Below are positions 46,915 through 60,981 of a stretch of DNA of 64,000 nt, in pieces (the stretch's first letter is position 1; the number at the start of each line of letters is the position of its first letter). The stretch comes from Coniocarpon cinnabarinum (Eukaryota): positions 62,001-126,000 of the forward strand of contig JAVECO010000043.1 of the NCBI GenBank assembly GCA_051942205.1. The letters are read 5' to 3'. The notes under the pieces were generated by a model. It ran no database searches and had not been told where the DNA came from. It saw only the letters and a program-made list of their open reading frames with translations. The position numbers and the translations under genes were made by a program.

Positions 46915-49900
46915 TTACCGTTCCAATTGTCCCCTCAATGCCTCGTCCAATGCATTCCTTCCTACTGCAATCTGATATCGTCCCATTTGCAACTCCCACG
47001 ATCGATGTTGAGTGTTCCAGCGACTGAGATCTCGTCGCGTGAGGTCGAGTGAGACCTATTTTGAATTAGCACTTTCATAAACACGTCATCAAGCAGATTG
47101 AAGGCGCCATCTTCGCTCATCTCGTCCAATTTATAGAAGGCAAATCGCAGCACGGGAAACATGTGACGCCATCTCATGACGCGTCGCGAGATACGTGCTG
47201 GTCGTCATGGGGGCAGTGCCGTTCGAGGGAGGGAAACAGCTTGAAATGAAGACTCACCGTGGCGCTTTTACCGGGCTGTAAAGGAGTTTTCTTGAATCCA
47301 CGCAGCGCTTTCGTGCTGGTGGCATTGCCGGTGGCGTTGTTCTCGGAGTCGGGGAATGTCAGGTAGAGTTGAGAGACTTCAGCGGCGGCGACAGAGCCCG
47401 TGTTCGTGACTGTGAAAGTCGCACGTGCGAGATTGTCGAAGAGCGAAGTAAGCCCGCCCGGCGCAACGGTGTCTGGATTTGGCGGTGAGATGGGCGGAGT
47501 CTGGTATATTAGCACGCAGCGCGTGGCCGATTGAGACAGGAAACACGACTCACTTCCTCCAGCCACTGCACATTCAGTCCCTGGTAGCCAAACTCGGAAT
47601 AAGTCAGTCCCTCTCCAAACGCAAATCTGGGCTCGATGCCATGCTCAAGGAAGTAGCGATAATCGATGTTCACCCCTTCTTCGAAATAACAGCGTGGGTC
47701 CAGGTCTCCTGGGAGTGGTCTACACGGCTGAAGCAGCGGCCCGTAATCAAACGCCGATTTCGCGACTGTGTACGGCAGTCGGCCGCTGGGACTCTGTCTG
47801 CCGTAGAGCACCTCCACAAGCGCACGGCCTGAGTCTTGACCGGGCAAGTGCGCAAAGAGCAAGGCGGTTACATTGGGATGATCGATCCAGCTTTCGACAG
47901 TACGGATCCAGACGTTATGGATAACGACAATTGTGTTCGCGCATTTATTCGCGACGTTAGTGACCAGTTTGTCCGAGTCGAGGTCGTTCAGGCCACTCCT
48001 ATCAAAGCCCTCGCTCGCACCTTCATTGATGAAAACAAGACAGGCGTCGCTAGCGACAGACACGTCTGGCGTCGTGGACTCGAAGTCCCAGCGGAGATAT
48101 GTGTCATCTTCGTAGGCTTGCGCTTGAATCGCGGAATACGGATCGCTCCAGTAACTTGCGGTATTGGCACCGGAGCCGCCGCCGCTGATCAAAGTACCGT
48201 GGGTAGCTGATTCAGATGCTTGATTCCCGGTGAGCACGCCGATCAGATCAGCAACACTTATGTCGTAAGACTGAAGGCCAAAGTTAAAGAGACTCAGCAT
48301 CGAGCTCGAAGGATTGTTGGTAGGAGCGACGGTAGCATCGTAGCCGAACAGGGAGAGGAAACGCGGTCTCTTGAGCGGGAGGGCGTTATTCGTGTTCTTG
48401 AGCAAGACGTGGCCTTCGACAGCGGACTGGAGCGTTGAGGGTTTGGAGGCTGGATCGCGGCCCTCAACGAGCGTGTGCGGAGCCGTATTATCAGCTGGCA
48501 GGCCTACACCGAGAGGAATGTCACCCACAGGTCCGTCAAATATATAATACCAGGCGGCGAGTATACGTTGCGCCATGTTTGCGAGGCGGCCGGAGGATAG
48601 ACTGCCATTTTGAGTTGCCGTCACAAGGGCGTTGTTTTCCCAGAACAAGGAGTTGGGCATGGCCATGTCGAGACCCGCATTCGCACTGGGCGTGCCATCG
48701 TGCTGAGCGCCCCAGTCGGAGACGACGAAACCGGGGAAGGCTAGGTCTTCCTTAAGGACTTGGTTGAGTGTGTAGTTATTCGAAGAGGCGTACGTTCCGT
48801 TCAGCCTGTTGTACGATGACATTACAGATCCAGCTCCGGCATGGACTGCGTCTTGGAAAGGCCACTGTTGTCAAAGGGTTAGTAAAGTGTTCTTCCTAAA
48901 AGTTAAAGTGTGAAGCAAAAGCAGTGTCCCTATTCAATCATCGAATATTTCAATGAGATGCAAGGACGGCTAAGCAATCGAGGCTGTGGCCGTTAGAGCA
49001 GAACTAAGTAGAGCTGCTGTTTACTAATGCGCCCCGGCAAATAGAGAGGGAATTGATCCAGCAGAAGGTATGTTCTAGTTGGCCGTATGTCTAAAGACTT
49101 ACCAAGTATACCTCATGCAATGTCTGATCATCCATCTCTGCCGAGATTGAAGGTGAGACCCCATTTGGCATGCGGTTTGTCTCCTGCTCATTGCCAATGT
49201 AATGTTTGACTGCAGTGATGACGGACTCTTGAAGGCCACCAACGGTGACATTGGCCAGCACTCCGGCCAAGTAGGGATCAGCACCGAAGCCTTCCTAATC
49301 ATTGTGTCAGTGACCCATATGTACCGCAAACACCAGCACAGAGGCATACCCATGCTCGACCGTCTAGAGCCTGTGATTTCAAGGTCAGCGGTTTCACTCA
49401 TATCAACATTCCAAAAATCATATCCAAGGAAACATGCAGCTCCGGGTGAGCCCTGAGCTTTTCAGAACTTGGCTCAAACGGCAAATCGTCAGCTTCAGCA
49501 GAGGAGGTTGCCAAAATGAAAGCTTCAGAAGTATATCGAAGGTGCATGCTTCGCGGAATGTGCATGTACTTGTGTCCCATTGAAAAGTGACTGAAACTCA
49601 CAATACGTCCCAATGGTCCAACAACTGGTCCATTGATTACATGAACCCCTGATGTATGAGTCAGCTTGATCAAGCACAATCTCGAGTTCCTGCTATACGC
49701 CAAATTAACGCAGTCTTAGGGAATGGTTTCGTGTTGACTCATAGAGGGCTATGTTCCCGACATTGCTTGTCGCAGCCCGCAGGGCCATAGCTGCGCTCTC
49801 AAGCAGGTCTCATTTGTGGCAAGCACAGCCAGTAGCGATGCTCCAGTCTAATCAGCTCGGTGACCGTTGAAGCTAGAGATGACTTTTCAGTATGCCTGAA

Positions 49901-50460
49901 GCTTTCAAGCATACAGTCTACAAGGACGCAAGCCTTAATCTTCATGCAAATCCTCTGGTTTTTGAGCTGCAACCTCCTGTCCGTGACACATAACGCTAGC
50001 TTACCTTTTCGTCTAAATTCAGCGCCCATGTACCTCGCTCTTTCATAAGCAAGATCCACGTTCCAACTCGCAGCAACAGAAACGCCCGACGCAAACCCGG
50101 TGACCAAGTCGGTTGCTCGAAGGCCATTGCCAGCATCTGACAAGCATAGTCCGGAAAAGTTGAGACGCGGAGCCGAGCCACTCACGCCTGAGCAGCCATT
50201 GTTGGGGGAGACACCGAATGTAATGTTGTTCTGCTCATCAGGGGTCATCTGAGCAACAAGCTGAGCAGCCATCGATTGGGCAGCCTGCCAAGAGAGGCCG
50301 GCATTGCCGTTGGCTGTTTGTGTTTAATAGACCAAGTCAACTCATGTAAAGGGCTGTTTGTTGACATACCAGTGGTTGGTCCCTCTCCCATATTTTGTGC
50401 ACTGGCAGTATCGGCCGAAAAGGCGATTGCAGCCGCCATCAGATTGAGAAGAGGCATCAT
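46915..50460 (-). CDS. Secreted GH3 beta-glucosidase, multi-exon
   Basis: Signal peptide; LCLSDAGNGLR, GPVVGPLGR, GRAWEGFGADPYL, KHYIGNEQET, nucleophile motif VVSDWG, PSGRLPYT and Fn3-like C-terminus (LRGFKK, LTRRDLSRW). Frames join via canonical introns. Confidence 0.93.
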
Positions 50461-51729
50461 GGTGATGGTGCGTACAGGGAATTGAGCCTACTCGTACACG
50501 AAGCTGTAGATAGCTTCTGAACGATGAAAAGAAAGCACAGGACTTTTATCAGCCATCAGCACGGACGAGGACAGACCACCAGCAAAACAGAAGGACGCTG
50601 ACACATGCACAGACGAAAGGTGAGGCTGAGCGAAAGAGACAAGGCTGTGCATCGAGTATTGGTCCAACAAGGTGCAGCGACGTCATGTCAATCTAACAAG
50701 CCTGGCTGGAGATGGACCGCCTCCTCGGCTGTCTGACCGACCGTAGCTAGTAGATTGAGTGGTACTCCGTACAGTCATTGCGGATGGGCCGCGTGGCGGG
50801 AATGCCCCCCGAACCAGCGTGTGAAGCCAATAAAGATGCCGTGATATGTCTGCTTAAGGAGTAAGATATCCACATGGGTATTTCGTCCGCCCGCACGCTA
50901 CTGCACGTCTCCACACGCTTTCCCATAGCAGGGCATCGGGCACATACTAGTGTCAGGTCGCCATGACGGCGGCCTGTGGAGGCAAGCACCGTCGGGCAAA
51001 GCGGCGAGCGTACCAGGTTAAATTAGAATAGTCCATAACCAGCACCCTTGATGTTCCAAGGCTGAGATGGCACGACAAGCAGGACGTGAGCAAGAAGGAT
51101 CAAGTTCGGAAAGCCCGACAAAAGGAGAGTCCTATAATGAGCGGCATGTTCTTGGCCCCAAACTGTGCATTAAAGCTGGGCGGGGGCGGGGATCCTACCA
51201 TGCCTACCCGGGGCAAATGCGAGCAGGGTGTCATTGTCTTGCAGCATCACAAGAGCCAATAGCGCTATCTACTGCTGCATACACAGAAGCGCTGCGACGC
51301 GCCAACCATTGAGCAAAGATGGACAGTCTTACAACAATGCAAGCTCGGGTCTGTTCATCAACAAGCAGCCTTCACTTGGAAACGGTCCACGGTCCTATTG
51401 ACAGTGCCCTGGCTCCCCTGTAAATCTCTCATCGATTGCTTCGAGATCCTGCCTCCTGGATAGAACAACGTCTTGGCGTACTCCGTAGTCAGATGCGCTC
51501 AAGAAGCTAGCATGCATGCACAAGACCATCCTCGTAGACACGCAGGCGTAACGTAGCAGGTGACCCCGCCTACGCATCTGCATGGATGCAAAACCAGAGA
51601 AGCCATCGTAAATTCCGTGAATACAAGACAATGCAATGTGATCACAAATGAAATTTCCCAAACTGAGGTGTCACCTCCGAACCAGGCCCATAAGAATCGC
51701 CCCAAAAGAGCCGTGTTGCTCTACCGCTC

Positions 51730-54576
51730 TCAAGAGGTGCCACCGTTGATGATCTCCTCGTCACTAGCGTCGAGAATGTCATATTCTTCATCCGTCAGGA
51801 AACCGTCATCCTCATCACTACCGTCGCTCTCAAAGTCATCATTGGCAGACACTTCCCCGACGACGCTGGTGGTCTCAGTAGAGGCAGCAGTGGCGACCGA
51901 AGGCGACGCAACTGCTTCTGGCGAAGACGCTGGCTTCTTCATGTCCTGGTGAGTGCTAGAGGCAGGCGACTCTTTCTCCAGTTTGGGGAAGACCATGGCG
52001 CGGTCACCATCTTCCGTCTTCGGTGCTGGTCGACTCGCGGCCACAGACTCCTGGCGTCCTTCGACATCAGACTGTTGTGGCGACAGAGGTTGCTCGCGTG
52101 GAGAAATGTTCTCAGCAGCACGCTGAAGCGCCTCGGTCTCCTGACGCTTCATCAAGAGACGTCGCTTGTTCTGTTGTTCGAGCAGCATGAGTTGCATCTC
52201 ATAATCTAAAAGCCTCTCGTGCTGTGTTTGCGCAAGAGATCCCGCTGGAGGCCCGGGCAGCCACGAAGCCGCAGGCTGGGTCGGTGCACTTTGGACTTGA
52301 ATGTCGCACCACAACTTGTGCCCAAAGGGAGTACCGTCCGGGCCCTTGAGGCGCCAGTAGGAAATGTGTTTACCGACCCGTGTTGGCGTTTTCAATTGCA
52401 CACTGAAGTGCCATGTCTGTCCCGGGACAATCTTGCCCATAGTGGAATTGCTCTCCTGAGCTGTGGCGAGTTCGGCAACGCTGCTGGGTGAATGCTGATC
52501 GACGTTGAGCATGTAATCGCCACCCACGTGACGGACACTGCATCCTTCAGGCCAGGCGAAGGGACCCGGATTCTTCAGTGTCCAGGTTTGGGTGAAAACA
52601 ACGCCAGGCCGCATCATGGCGCCGTCAGGTATGGCATCCTGGACGAACTCGGCCTTGAGTTCACCCATGGGAACTTGAGGTAAAGCAGGTGGAGGGGTCG
52701 CGGGTGGACCATGGCTCGATTTCACCGGAACTCGGAAGGGGAATGTTGGTGGCTTTGCCGAATAGGCTGGCAGTGTCTCCGTGGAGGGAGCTTTCGGTGT
52801 GTAGCGAGGGGGCACCGTCGTAGAGGGACCTCGCGTAAATGGACGCGGACGGCGAGCATCGCCCAGCACAGTAGTGTGATCATCAACGGAGTCATAGGTC
52901 TGGATACTCACGTCTTTGATCATTGTCTTGCACATGAGCATTGGATGAGTCTTGTTGTGCTCATTGCCAGGGTCTGCCTCGCAACTTGCACAGAAATCAA
53001 GGTCATTGCAGACAGTGCATTTGTAGCGAACGCCTTGAATGTAGGACTGATTGCGCTGAGCTTTGCACGAGGGTCCGTCACAATAAACACCGACATGGCG
53101 ACTTCTCAAGCCTGTGACGGCGGGCAGTGGCTCGTACACTGGAACGAAACGGTGATTGTGGTTAGCCTTCTTCGTTGCATGGCAAGATCCGCAGTAATCA
53201 AAGTCTGGGCAATCCAAGCATTTGTAGCGGACGCCGACGATGCTCTACAGTCTGGTCAGTGGCCTGTTTATGGGAGTCGCTCTGTTCACTGACCTGATTG
53301 CAGCTGTCGCAAAGCGCGCGATGACGCGTGGCGCGTCCCGGTTTGCACAGACTGCTCACCTGCGGACTACATGTCGCAGGGTTCTTGAAAGTGTGTGCCG
53401 GATGATGCCCGTGCTTGTTCTCTACAAGACATGGCATACACAAATCAAAGTCGTGGCAATCTTGGCAAGAGACAACCATTGTTTCTGGGAGATCTGTTCT
53501 GGCATCAGCACACAGGGAAGCCACACAAGATCAGGCAATGCTTACGTCGAATGCACGCATTGCAAATGCGCTCCTGCGCTTGGGGAGATGGATCTACGTG
53601 CCCGTCGGAGACAGTAGATTTGATGTCGGGATTGAAGGCTCCGGGCATCGGCGGGACGGATCGGTCCGGATGCTTTTCAAGAGTGCCAACAGGTTGAGTT
53701 GCTTCCTTGGGCTTGGGGGCAACAATGCGCGTAGTTGAATTCACGAAGGCCCCGTTCTTGAAGGTCCGTTTGATCATCCAATGGCCTTCGCCTTCACATA
53801 CCATTCCTGCTTGGACACACTTCTCGCACAAATCATAGTCACCGCCGTCGCAGATGCTGCAGTGGTAGTGCTCGTTTGTAACTTGCTGGTCACATTTGTT
53901 GCAGCACACCTGCCAGCGAGGAGCGGCGAAAGAACGCCCAAGTAGCGACTTCTCGAAGGCTGCAGGAGCAGCTGGAAGTGACTTGTCAGAGACGGCCTTG
54001 TCTGCATCATCGACTTCGTGCAGAATTTGTGCGAGCGATGGCAGTCTTGGTACATCCGAAATCGAAGTGAAGGGTTGCTTCTGGGTAGTTGAATTTCCCG
54101 TATCAGTCTCCATAGCAGCCTCTTCGGTCGCCGAGGTGTGAAGAGCTGGTTGCGAAGATGAAGAAGCGCCGTGGCCCTGCACATCGATTTGCTTGAGTGA
54201 AGCACGCAGGCGCAATTTCGACTTGGCTTTGGCAGCACGGTACAGTTGCTTGTAAGATGCCGGAATGCAAGCATCAACGGGAACAAAAGCGCCCGAGCTG
54301 TCGGAGAATCGCTCCAGTATGAGAGTTTGGTTCGATGGAATCTGCAGAATATCCCTAACCTATTGTATCGAAGTTAGTGGAAGGACATTTCATAAGCGAC
54401 CAGCAGGCGTCGAAAAACAGCTCCGAAGCCAGTTGTTGAGGACGACTCACTTTGGAATAGAATACAGAGGCACTCAGATCCCTTAATGAGAGTTTGAATC
54501 GACGATTAGTGCCGTCAATTTGCACTTTCACAGTGACGGGAGGGTCCAGCGAGACACCGGTGACTTGGCTTGCCAT
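51730..54576 (-). CDS. NBR1: Nbr1-like selective autophagy receptor (PB1-like N-terminus, four ZZ fingers, FW domain, C-terminal AIM/LIR), multi-exon
   Basis: VKVQIDGTNRRFKLSLRDL; four CxxC..CxxC.D.DLC ZZ motifs; FW domain FTQTWTLKNPG..AWP...SYWRLK....PFG.KLW; acidic tail with EEYDIL. Confidence 0.88.
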
Positions 54577-55195
54577 GATGGGTGGCGCGATGGAGGCCTG
54601 GTCGTACCGATAAAGAGCAAGAAGCTCAAAAGAAGCTACGAACAGCTTTCCGGAAGACCACCAGTACTGAGAAAGTCTGTGAGGGTTGACAAGAACAAAA
54701 AGTGTTGAGATGGGGAGGATGAAGAAGGTGAGCAGGTGAGGTCAAGGCAGCTAAGCGTGACGATGTGGACTCACCGCCGCGCGGGGGCGACTGTCCATAC
54801 GCACTTCCTGTTACGGTATCTCATCGCCAAGAATCTGATCCGATGGGATCACGTGGCGTACCGCCAGCTCGTCAGACCTTACCTGCGCAGCAAAAGGGAG
54901 AGCAGTGCATGCGGCGCAAGCAGTGGCGAGTCGCGCATGGCGCTCAGGGCAACTTGCAGGCTGCAACAACGCCAGGTTTGCAATGGTGAATGGGGTGCTA
55001 GGTCGGTCTCGACAACGATAATGATGACGACTTCTCTTACTCTATTTACAAGTGCTTCTCACGTCACTCCTGTGCTCAGACGGAGGGAGAGTGAGTCAAT
55101 CCAACAAATCCTTGACGCCTTGCTCACAAGTGCATATGTTTTCATGGCCCAGGGTTTCATCATGGTCGTGACGTATTAAAGGGTGTATGAGAAAT

Positions 55196-57192
55196 TCATT
55201 GTTGTGAAGAGTAATAGTTTGAGGGCGCAGAGGGGTAGAACATCCCATTGGCGTGAGGCTTTGCTGCAGAGTTTGTAGACGATGCACCATACGCGTTTTC
55301 GTTGGGATGCGTCTCGCCTCCATACTGAGATGGATCGTAGAAATAGACTGTGCCATTCTGCTCGTATGCCGTCATGCTCGGCGGTACTTCTGGGACAGAC
55401 GACACGTTTGACACGGGCGTGGGGTTGATCATTGGCACGAGGTATGAGCCATGCACTGTCGGCTGGACGTACATCTGAGATGCCATCATTGGTTGAGACA
55501 TGTACGAAGCCGGTCCGTTTTCCGGAGGGGGATAGTACATCATGTCTTGCATGGGGTATGGCGCGGAATAGTACATCGCGGACTGATCCGGCTGGAAGGG
55601 TTGAGCATTGACTGCATTGTCGGGCAAGTGTGCCGGCGTCCCGGTCGGTTGCGTGCCAGCAAATTGATTCGCCGCGAACGATGCACCAGGTCTTGCATGT
55701 TCCGGAACCAGTTTCGCATGATTCACATGGCTTGGAACTTGATGATAGAACGGTTGATGCTCATGTTGCTGTGGAGCATGCAGCTTCTCAGTGGAAGGAG
55801 ATTCAATGTTGGTGACAGATACTGTCTTCTGAGGTCGTGGTTGATGCACCGGAATTTGGCCAGTGTAAGGACTTTGATATGCTGGCTTTCCTGGGGTTGG
55901 GTACAGCTGTTCGGACATGCCGTCAGTAGTCGCTGCCGTTGCATGGCTCATGCCATTGGGTAGAGGCATATGTGGCCTTGCACCGACCGGCAATTTCACT
56001 ACAGGTCGAGAAGGTGCTGTTGGGGCACCAAAAGGGGGCTTGGCCATCGCAGCTGCCGCTGGGGACACGATGCCCTCACGCACAACGGACGACCGGCGAC
56101 TCATCGCGATGCTGGGGGAGTAGCTACTTCCTCCCAAGATACTGTTGCGACGGCTGCCAAAAGGTCGCCGAGTAGTCTGTTGATTCGGTCGCTGTGCTCG
56201 AGGTATGAATATGAACGAGCGTTCAACGCTGGGAAAGATGTAGCGTGGCGATTGATCTGGCAGAGAAACTCGTACGGGTTTATCGCGCCGTAATGGTGGT
56301 CTCAAGTCCGGTAGTCGGATGTGATATCGGAGAGGGGTCTTCTCGTACGGTATAGGATGCGACATGCCCGGCAGAGATATTCGTAGGGTGATGTGACCAA
56401 TAGTGACTGTTCTCGAAAGCGGCTCCGGACCTTTTGCGGAGCTTGAGTAGGTCGGCAGGAATCGTCGAGGAATGTCTTCGACAATAGGCAGGAGTTGCTT
56501 TCCAGGGCCGTCATTCTCGAGCAGATCGTGCAAGTCATGATTCCATCGCTCGTTCGTGCTGGTCGAGGTTCCTTGCTGTTGACTGCAAAAGCGTCAGCTG
56601 CTTTGAACATGGATGCACATGGAGTGATTACCCACCTCGCTGAGTAGGCGAAGCCGCTCGATTCTCGACCTTTGCGTCTGCTGCTACGCTGAGGATCATG
56701 AGATGCTGTAGTTGTAACTCTCGGCACAGGCTTCGCAGATCGCTGCTGTACCCTGTTCTCGTCAACAAAAGCTTGTCGGCCCCGCCGGTGACTCGATTCG
56801 TTATTCTCCGGCTCCTCAAACTGCAGAGGCCCGGCACCGTCGGTGTCGGAGGGTGGATGCAGCCCATTAGTCAACGCAGCAGTGTCTGCCGTGGCGGTAA
56901 ATGCTGGACGGCTGTCATCGGTCTGCGAGTTGTGTCGGTTGGTTTGGCTTGGAAAGATCGAGCCGTTTTGCTTCTTCTTCGGAGGGCTTCGATCACCGCC
57001 GGGGAGGACGTCTTGCTGTGCATGACCGCTGAACTCGCTGGCGGCTTCCTCTAGACTATCATTTGCCCCACTGACAGCAGATGCATCGCTCTGTGATTCA
57101 TCGTCGAGAGATGCTGTGTCATCCTCCTCACCGTCATCTGCCCGGCGTCGACGGCTTGCAACAATATCTCTGGTCCGTCCCTTGGGAGCCAT
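55196..57192 (-). CDS. Btz/CASC3 (MLN51)-like protein; complement(join(55196..56582,56636..57192))
   Basis: N-terminal RRR..D.GEED; spliced ERWNHDLHD motif; conserved fungal block PPLRRDKPVRVSLP..PRYIFPS.ERSFIFIPRA.RPNQQ. 53-nt intron. Confidence 0.75.
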
Positions 57193-57906
57193 GACGCACG
57201 AGGTCGACTTTTCCTTGAGCGGCCGTAGTAGGAGGGGACAGATGGGAGAAGAGGTGGAACAAGAGAGGAATTAAAGATCAAATCATGTCATGGATATGCA
57301 GGTGAGATCACACCGCCAATTTAGTATGCAGTAGGGAAGATGAAGGCGAATGATGGTCGGAGAACTGTCTACATGTGGGGTGGAGGCGGAATTGGAAGGT
57401 AGAAGACTCGAGGGATAGGAGACGCGTGGGCGAAGGAGGATGCTGAGGGTGATGCTTTCTCTAAGCTACAGTCACCGTTTGGGCTTTCCCAAAACTTATC
57501 CCAATCGTGCCTGACTAAGGAGCGCGCCAAGACAACGACGTCGCCGCTGAGGCCTTGAACTTCAGGCTGGAATTGATGCCTAATTGCTGTCCCCGGTCCA
57601 GTTTTGATACGGCCTTGCGGGTAGGTATTCCGCCTATGTCAATCTTGCCAAGAAGCTAGAAGCACCGATGTGGTCACACAACTAGGTACATGTCACCTGC
57701 GAGTCTAAAAATTTGTGGTTGTCAGCCGATCCTTCGCCCTCTCGCATGATAATACAGACATTGTTGACGACCAGACCACAACTCCTGGCACCCTCGCGTC
57801 TTTTTATTGGACCTGTTAACCGCCGACTTCGACTCCCGCTCCGGGAGATCAGCATCAAATCATTCTAATAGTGCAGGCCCTGTTTGAGGACAGAGCAACG
57901 CCGCAA

Positions 57907-58698
57907 ATGGAATCCATGCGGACCTTGGACTCGTCTCTGCCAGGATCATCGCCTCACGCACGACGCAAACAAGCTAATAGTGAGCTACTTCAAGCCTTCA
58001 AGAGTGCTGCTTTGTCTGTCACACAACTGTACAAGACTGCAAATGCAGAAGAGGAGGAGGCGAACCGAGAGGCACACTTTGGGGGCTACAGCGAGGCGTT
58101 AAGTGACCTCCTAGCTTTTTTGGACGACCAGAATCTTGGATTGGGAGACGGCGAAGGTTGGCAAGTGAGGGAATGGGCAACACAGCGACACCAGAGCTTG
58201 AACAGCCACAGCCGAACATCAGAGGACAGTGGCATGAGCGATGATCAAGAAACACGAGGAAGGAGTGCGAGCCCAGTATTGCCGCAGAAGTCATCATCAC
58301 AACAATATCAATCAGCAGCTGTGCAGACAGATCCTCCGAATTCTACGCCGTCTGACGGCTATCCATTGCAATCAAAACTTACATCACAACAAAGTTACTC
58401 GACCGAGACATTTCATTTTCGCTCGCCTCACGCCTTACCGACACAGCAAGACACAAACTTGAACACGTCAGCGCAAAGAAGTCCGCCGTCCCTGCGCCTA
58501 GAGTTGTTGCCTCGCACAGCACGATACAATGCTCACCGTTCTGTACATCACACACGAGCATTGGAGAAAACAGTAGGCGCGCTAGGGCATGGCGCAGGCT
58601 CAAAACGAAAAGTGCCACTGCATGAATTCTTCGACGTAACTGGCCTTGTAGGTAGCAAGGATTTACCCGGACCTGGAAAGCGTGGACGTTTCAGTTGA
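57907..58698 (+). CDS. Conserved fungal protein, HAPSTR1/YJR056C-like N-terminal helical motif
   Basis: LLQAFKSAALSVTQLYK...GYSEALSDLLAFLD.QNLGLGDGEGWQVREWAT and a basic C-terminus KRGRFS. Confidence 0.75.
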   Translation: MESMRTLDSSLPGSSPHARRKQANSELLQAFKSAALSVTQLYKTANAEEEEANREAHFGGYSEALSDLLAFLDDQNLGLGDGEGWQVREWATQRHQSLNSHSRTSEDSGMSDDQETRGRSASPVLPQKSSSQQYQSAAVQTDPPNSTPSDGYPLQSKLTSQQSYSTETFHFRSPHALPTQQDTNLNTSAQRSPPSLRLELLPRTARYNAHRSVHHTRALEKTVGALGHGAGSKRKVPLHEFFDVTGLVGSKDLPGPGKRGRFS

Positions 58699-59581
58699 GC
58701 GACACATTGAATGTTTGAGAAAGTATTCATAAAATTGACGGCTCATCATATGAAGGGATTGTTGCATAGCGACCGGCACAGCATTAATACGACTACACCA
58801 AAGACCCACGGCAGCTTATCAATGATACCATAATGTCAAATTCACGAGTATAGGCAGATAGAACGATTAGAATCCAATGCGACTTTACGTCAGCATCTAT
58901 TGAGCGATTGGCGGTTCAACGACCATTTCAAAGTCATCGGTCTCCCTCTTTGCTGCTTCGTTCTTCTCATGACTGTTATTGACCCTGTCGATAAACAAAC
59001 TTGAGGCCATAGACCCGTAGATGATTCCAGCTTGTTTCTTTTGAACTCTTTAGCTAGCTTGAACCATGGGCAAAAGCCAAGATGATGTCAAAGCTAAACA
59101 TGATCCCGGCAAAATCCGCCGGGGAGTTAACCAAGCACCAAATTGCCTCAGCAGCAAGTGCTCTTCTTCCAAATGCCAGGTCCGACGTTCGTGCACGGTT
59201 CAACTCCAGCATTTATGTACACCGCAATCGTTGACTAAAATTGGTCTTGACGGTGGTCCAAGTGGCTTGTATGCCATCATTACGGAGGCCCGGCTGAGAC
59301 TGATATTGAAGTTGTGCTTTCTTGCTACTGGATGCCGCTTGAATCCCCCTGCAGAATCGAGTTCAACGCCCTTCGTTGCGGATTGCGTGCATGGGATATC
59401 GGCGCTCACACACTTCTTAGCCCAGACTGATGCATCGCCGTAGTGTAGAGCAATAGCCCAGCATACCTATGTTGGGCATTTGTCTTCTCAAACACGTTCA
59501 ACATTCTTCTGTCACTCCCTCGATGGCTTTAATGGTCTTCCAAGAAATGTTCGGTTATTCCAGAGGGTATATCCCTTATGT

Positions 59582-59891
59582 TCAATTCACGAGCCGATAA
59601 AGCCCGAGCCCGATTGCGATAACTCCACAGACCTTAGGTATTCGTGGCCGCTGTTTTGCTAAAGCTATGCCAAGCTTGCTCGAGGGCATCGATGCCTTTG
59701 GATCCTCTTTCACCGTGAAAAGATATGCACCAAGAGCCAGGAAAGTGCCGCTGCCTAGAAGTCCTGTTTAGAACGTGATTGAGAACCAGCTTGGTGAATC
59801 GCATACCCATCAGCCTACAGGAGAGGCAATCCTGATGTTCACGCGGTTGCTGCGATGCATGATCTTGAGTGGAAAGCGATGGTGCTGACAT
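59582..59891 (-). CDS. Small DUF4536/DMAC1-like membrane protein; complement(join(59582..59754,59807..59891)), 85 aa
   Basis: DCLSCRLMGSGTFLALGAY ... IGLGLYRLVN*. 52-nt intron GTATGC..TAG. Confidence 0.85.
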
Positions 59892-60981
59892 GACCAGCAC
59901 ACAGCTGCTCCTCGAGACTGCTAAAAGATTTGCACCCCAGGACTCTTCTGTAGAAAAGGTACTACACGGTCTGACTGGTTTTTCCGGTGACAGACATGTG
60001 AAAGTCACGTGTTCATCTTCTTGCACTAGCGTACACAAATCAAGGAGTAAGAGCACTCGAATCTCAGTCAGCCAAGTCGAATCTGTTGAGGCGGTCTTGA
60101 TCCATCTTCCTGTTGCAAGGCACGGCCAGATACTTATTGTGAACCCCTAACAGAAGACGCAAACGGTCCTGACCAACTTTTGAGTATCATGTTCTTTAGT
60201 TATATGGCGTGTCTATAATAATATCGAATAGCGCGGACCAAGCTCAGACGGGGCGACTAGATCTCGATAGAGTTATCGGTGGAGAGCTTCGGGCATTTGT
60301 GTTTGTCACATCGCCTTAAGAAATCTGTCCGGATCCTCTGCCTGACCTCGCCCCAGCGAGTCTTTTGGCCCTTCTGTGAAATAGCATTTTCTCGACTCGG
60401 CTAATGCACGTACGAAGTAGACTTTTCAATCTTCGTGCCGGAAATATGAGATTCTTGGATCAGGTACATCTTTATCTGATTTAGTAAAAAGCCCACAACT
60501 TGCTCATGCACACCAGCAACTGGTTTCAGACCTGGGGACTCGGCTATCTATGGGGCAAGGCTGATACTGCATCATCTCTCTGCTAGCAGATGTTTCATAC
60601 GACTCTGTACATGCTTACGTGTTTCGAGCTCGAGACTGGCTGGCAGACGCCTTTGGGGCTCGCTTGCAAACATGCTGGGTCGAAAACGGTCTGAACACTG
60701 TAGCAGATGGAGCCGAAGTCGGTCTTATTTATTTGCAAGATTTCGTAGTGAAATTACCCACTTATGCCGACGAAATTTCAGTGAACAAGTCGCTCTGACA
60801 ACATTTAACCAACTTAAGAGTTTCATGAGCGGCGCAAAAATTCTCACGACGAAGCCTTCCGTGTCACGACCTGAACTTACATCGTTAAAGCCTCAATTCA
60901 TATCAACATATTTCCGACTCACTTCTTGCAGTCATAAAAGTAATCTTCCCGAAGCTTTCCTTCCTTGTCCATCGTGTCAAC

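Noticed and set aside
47174..47570. Apparent frameshifts or truncation in the GH3 gene suggesting a pseudogene
   Set aside because: Canonical introns join all segments in frame through to the stop at 46915.
58898..59450. Coding-looking minus-strand segment (KQAGIIYGSMASSLFIDRV...)
   Set aside because: No convincing start, donor or recognisable motif.
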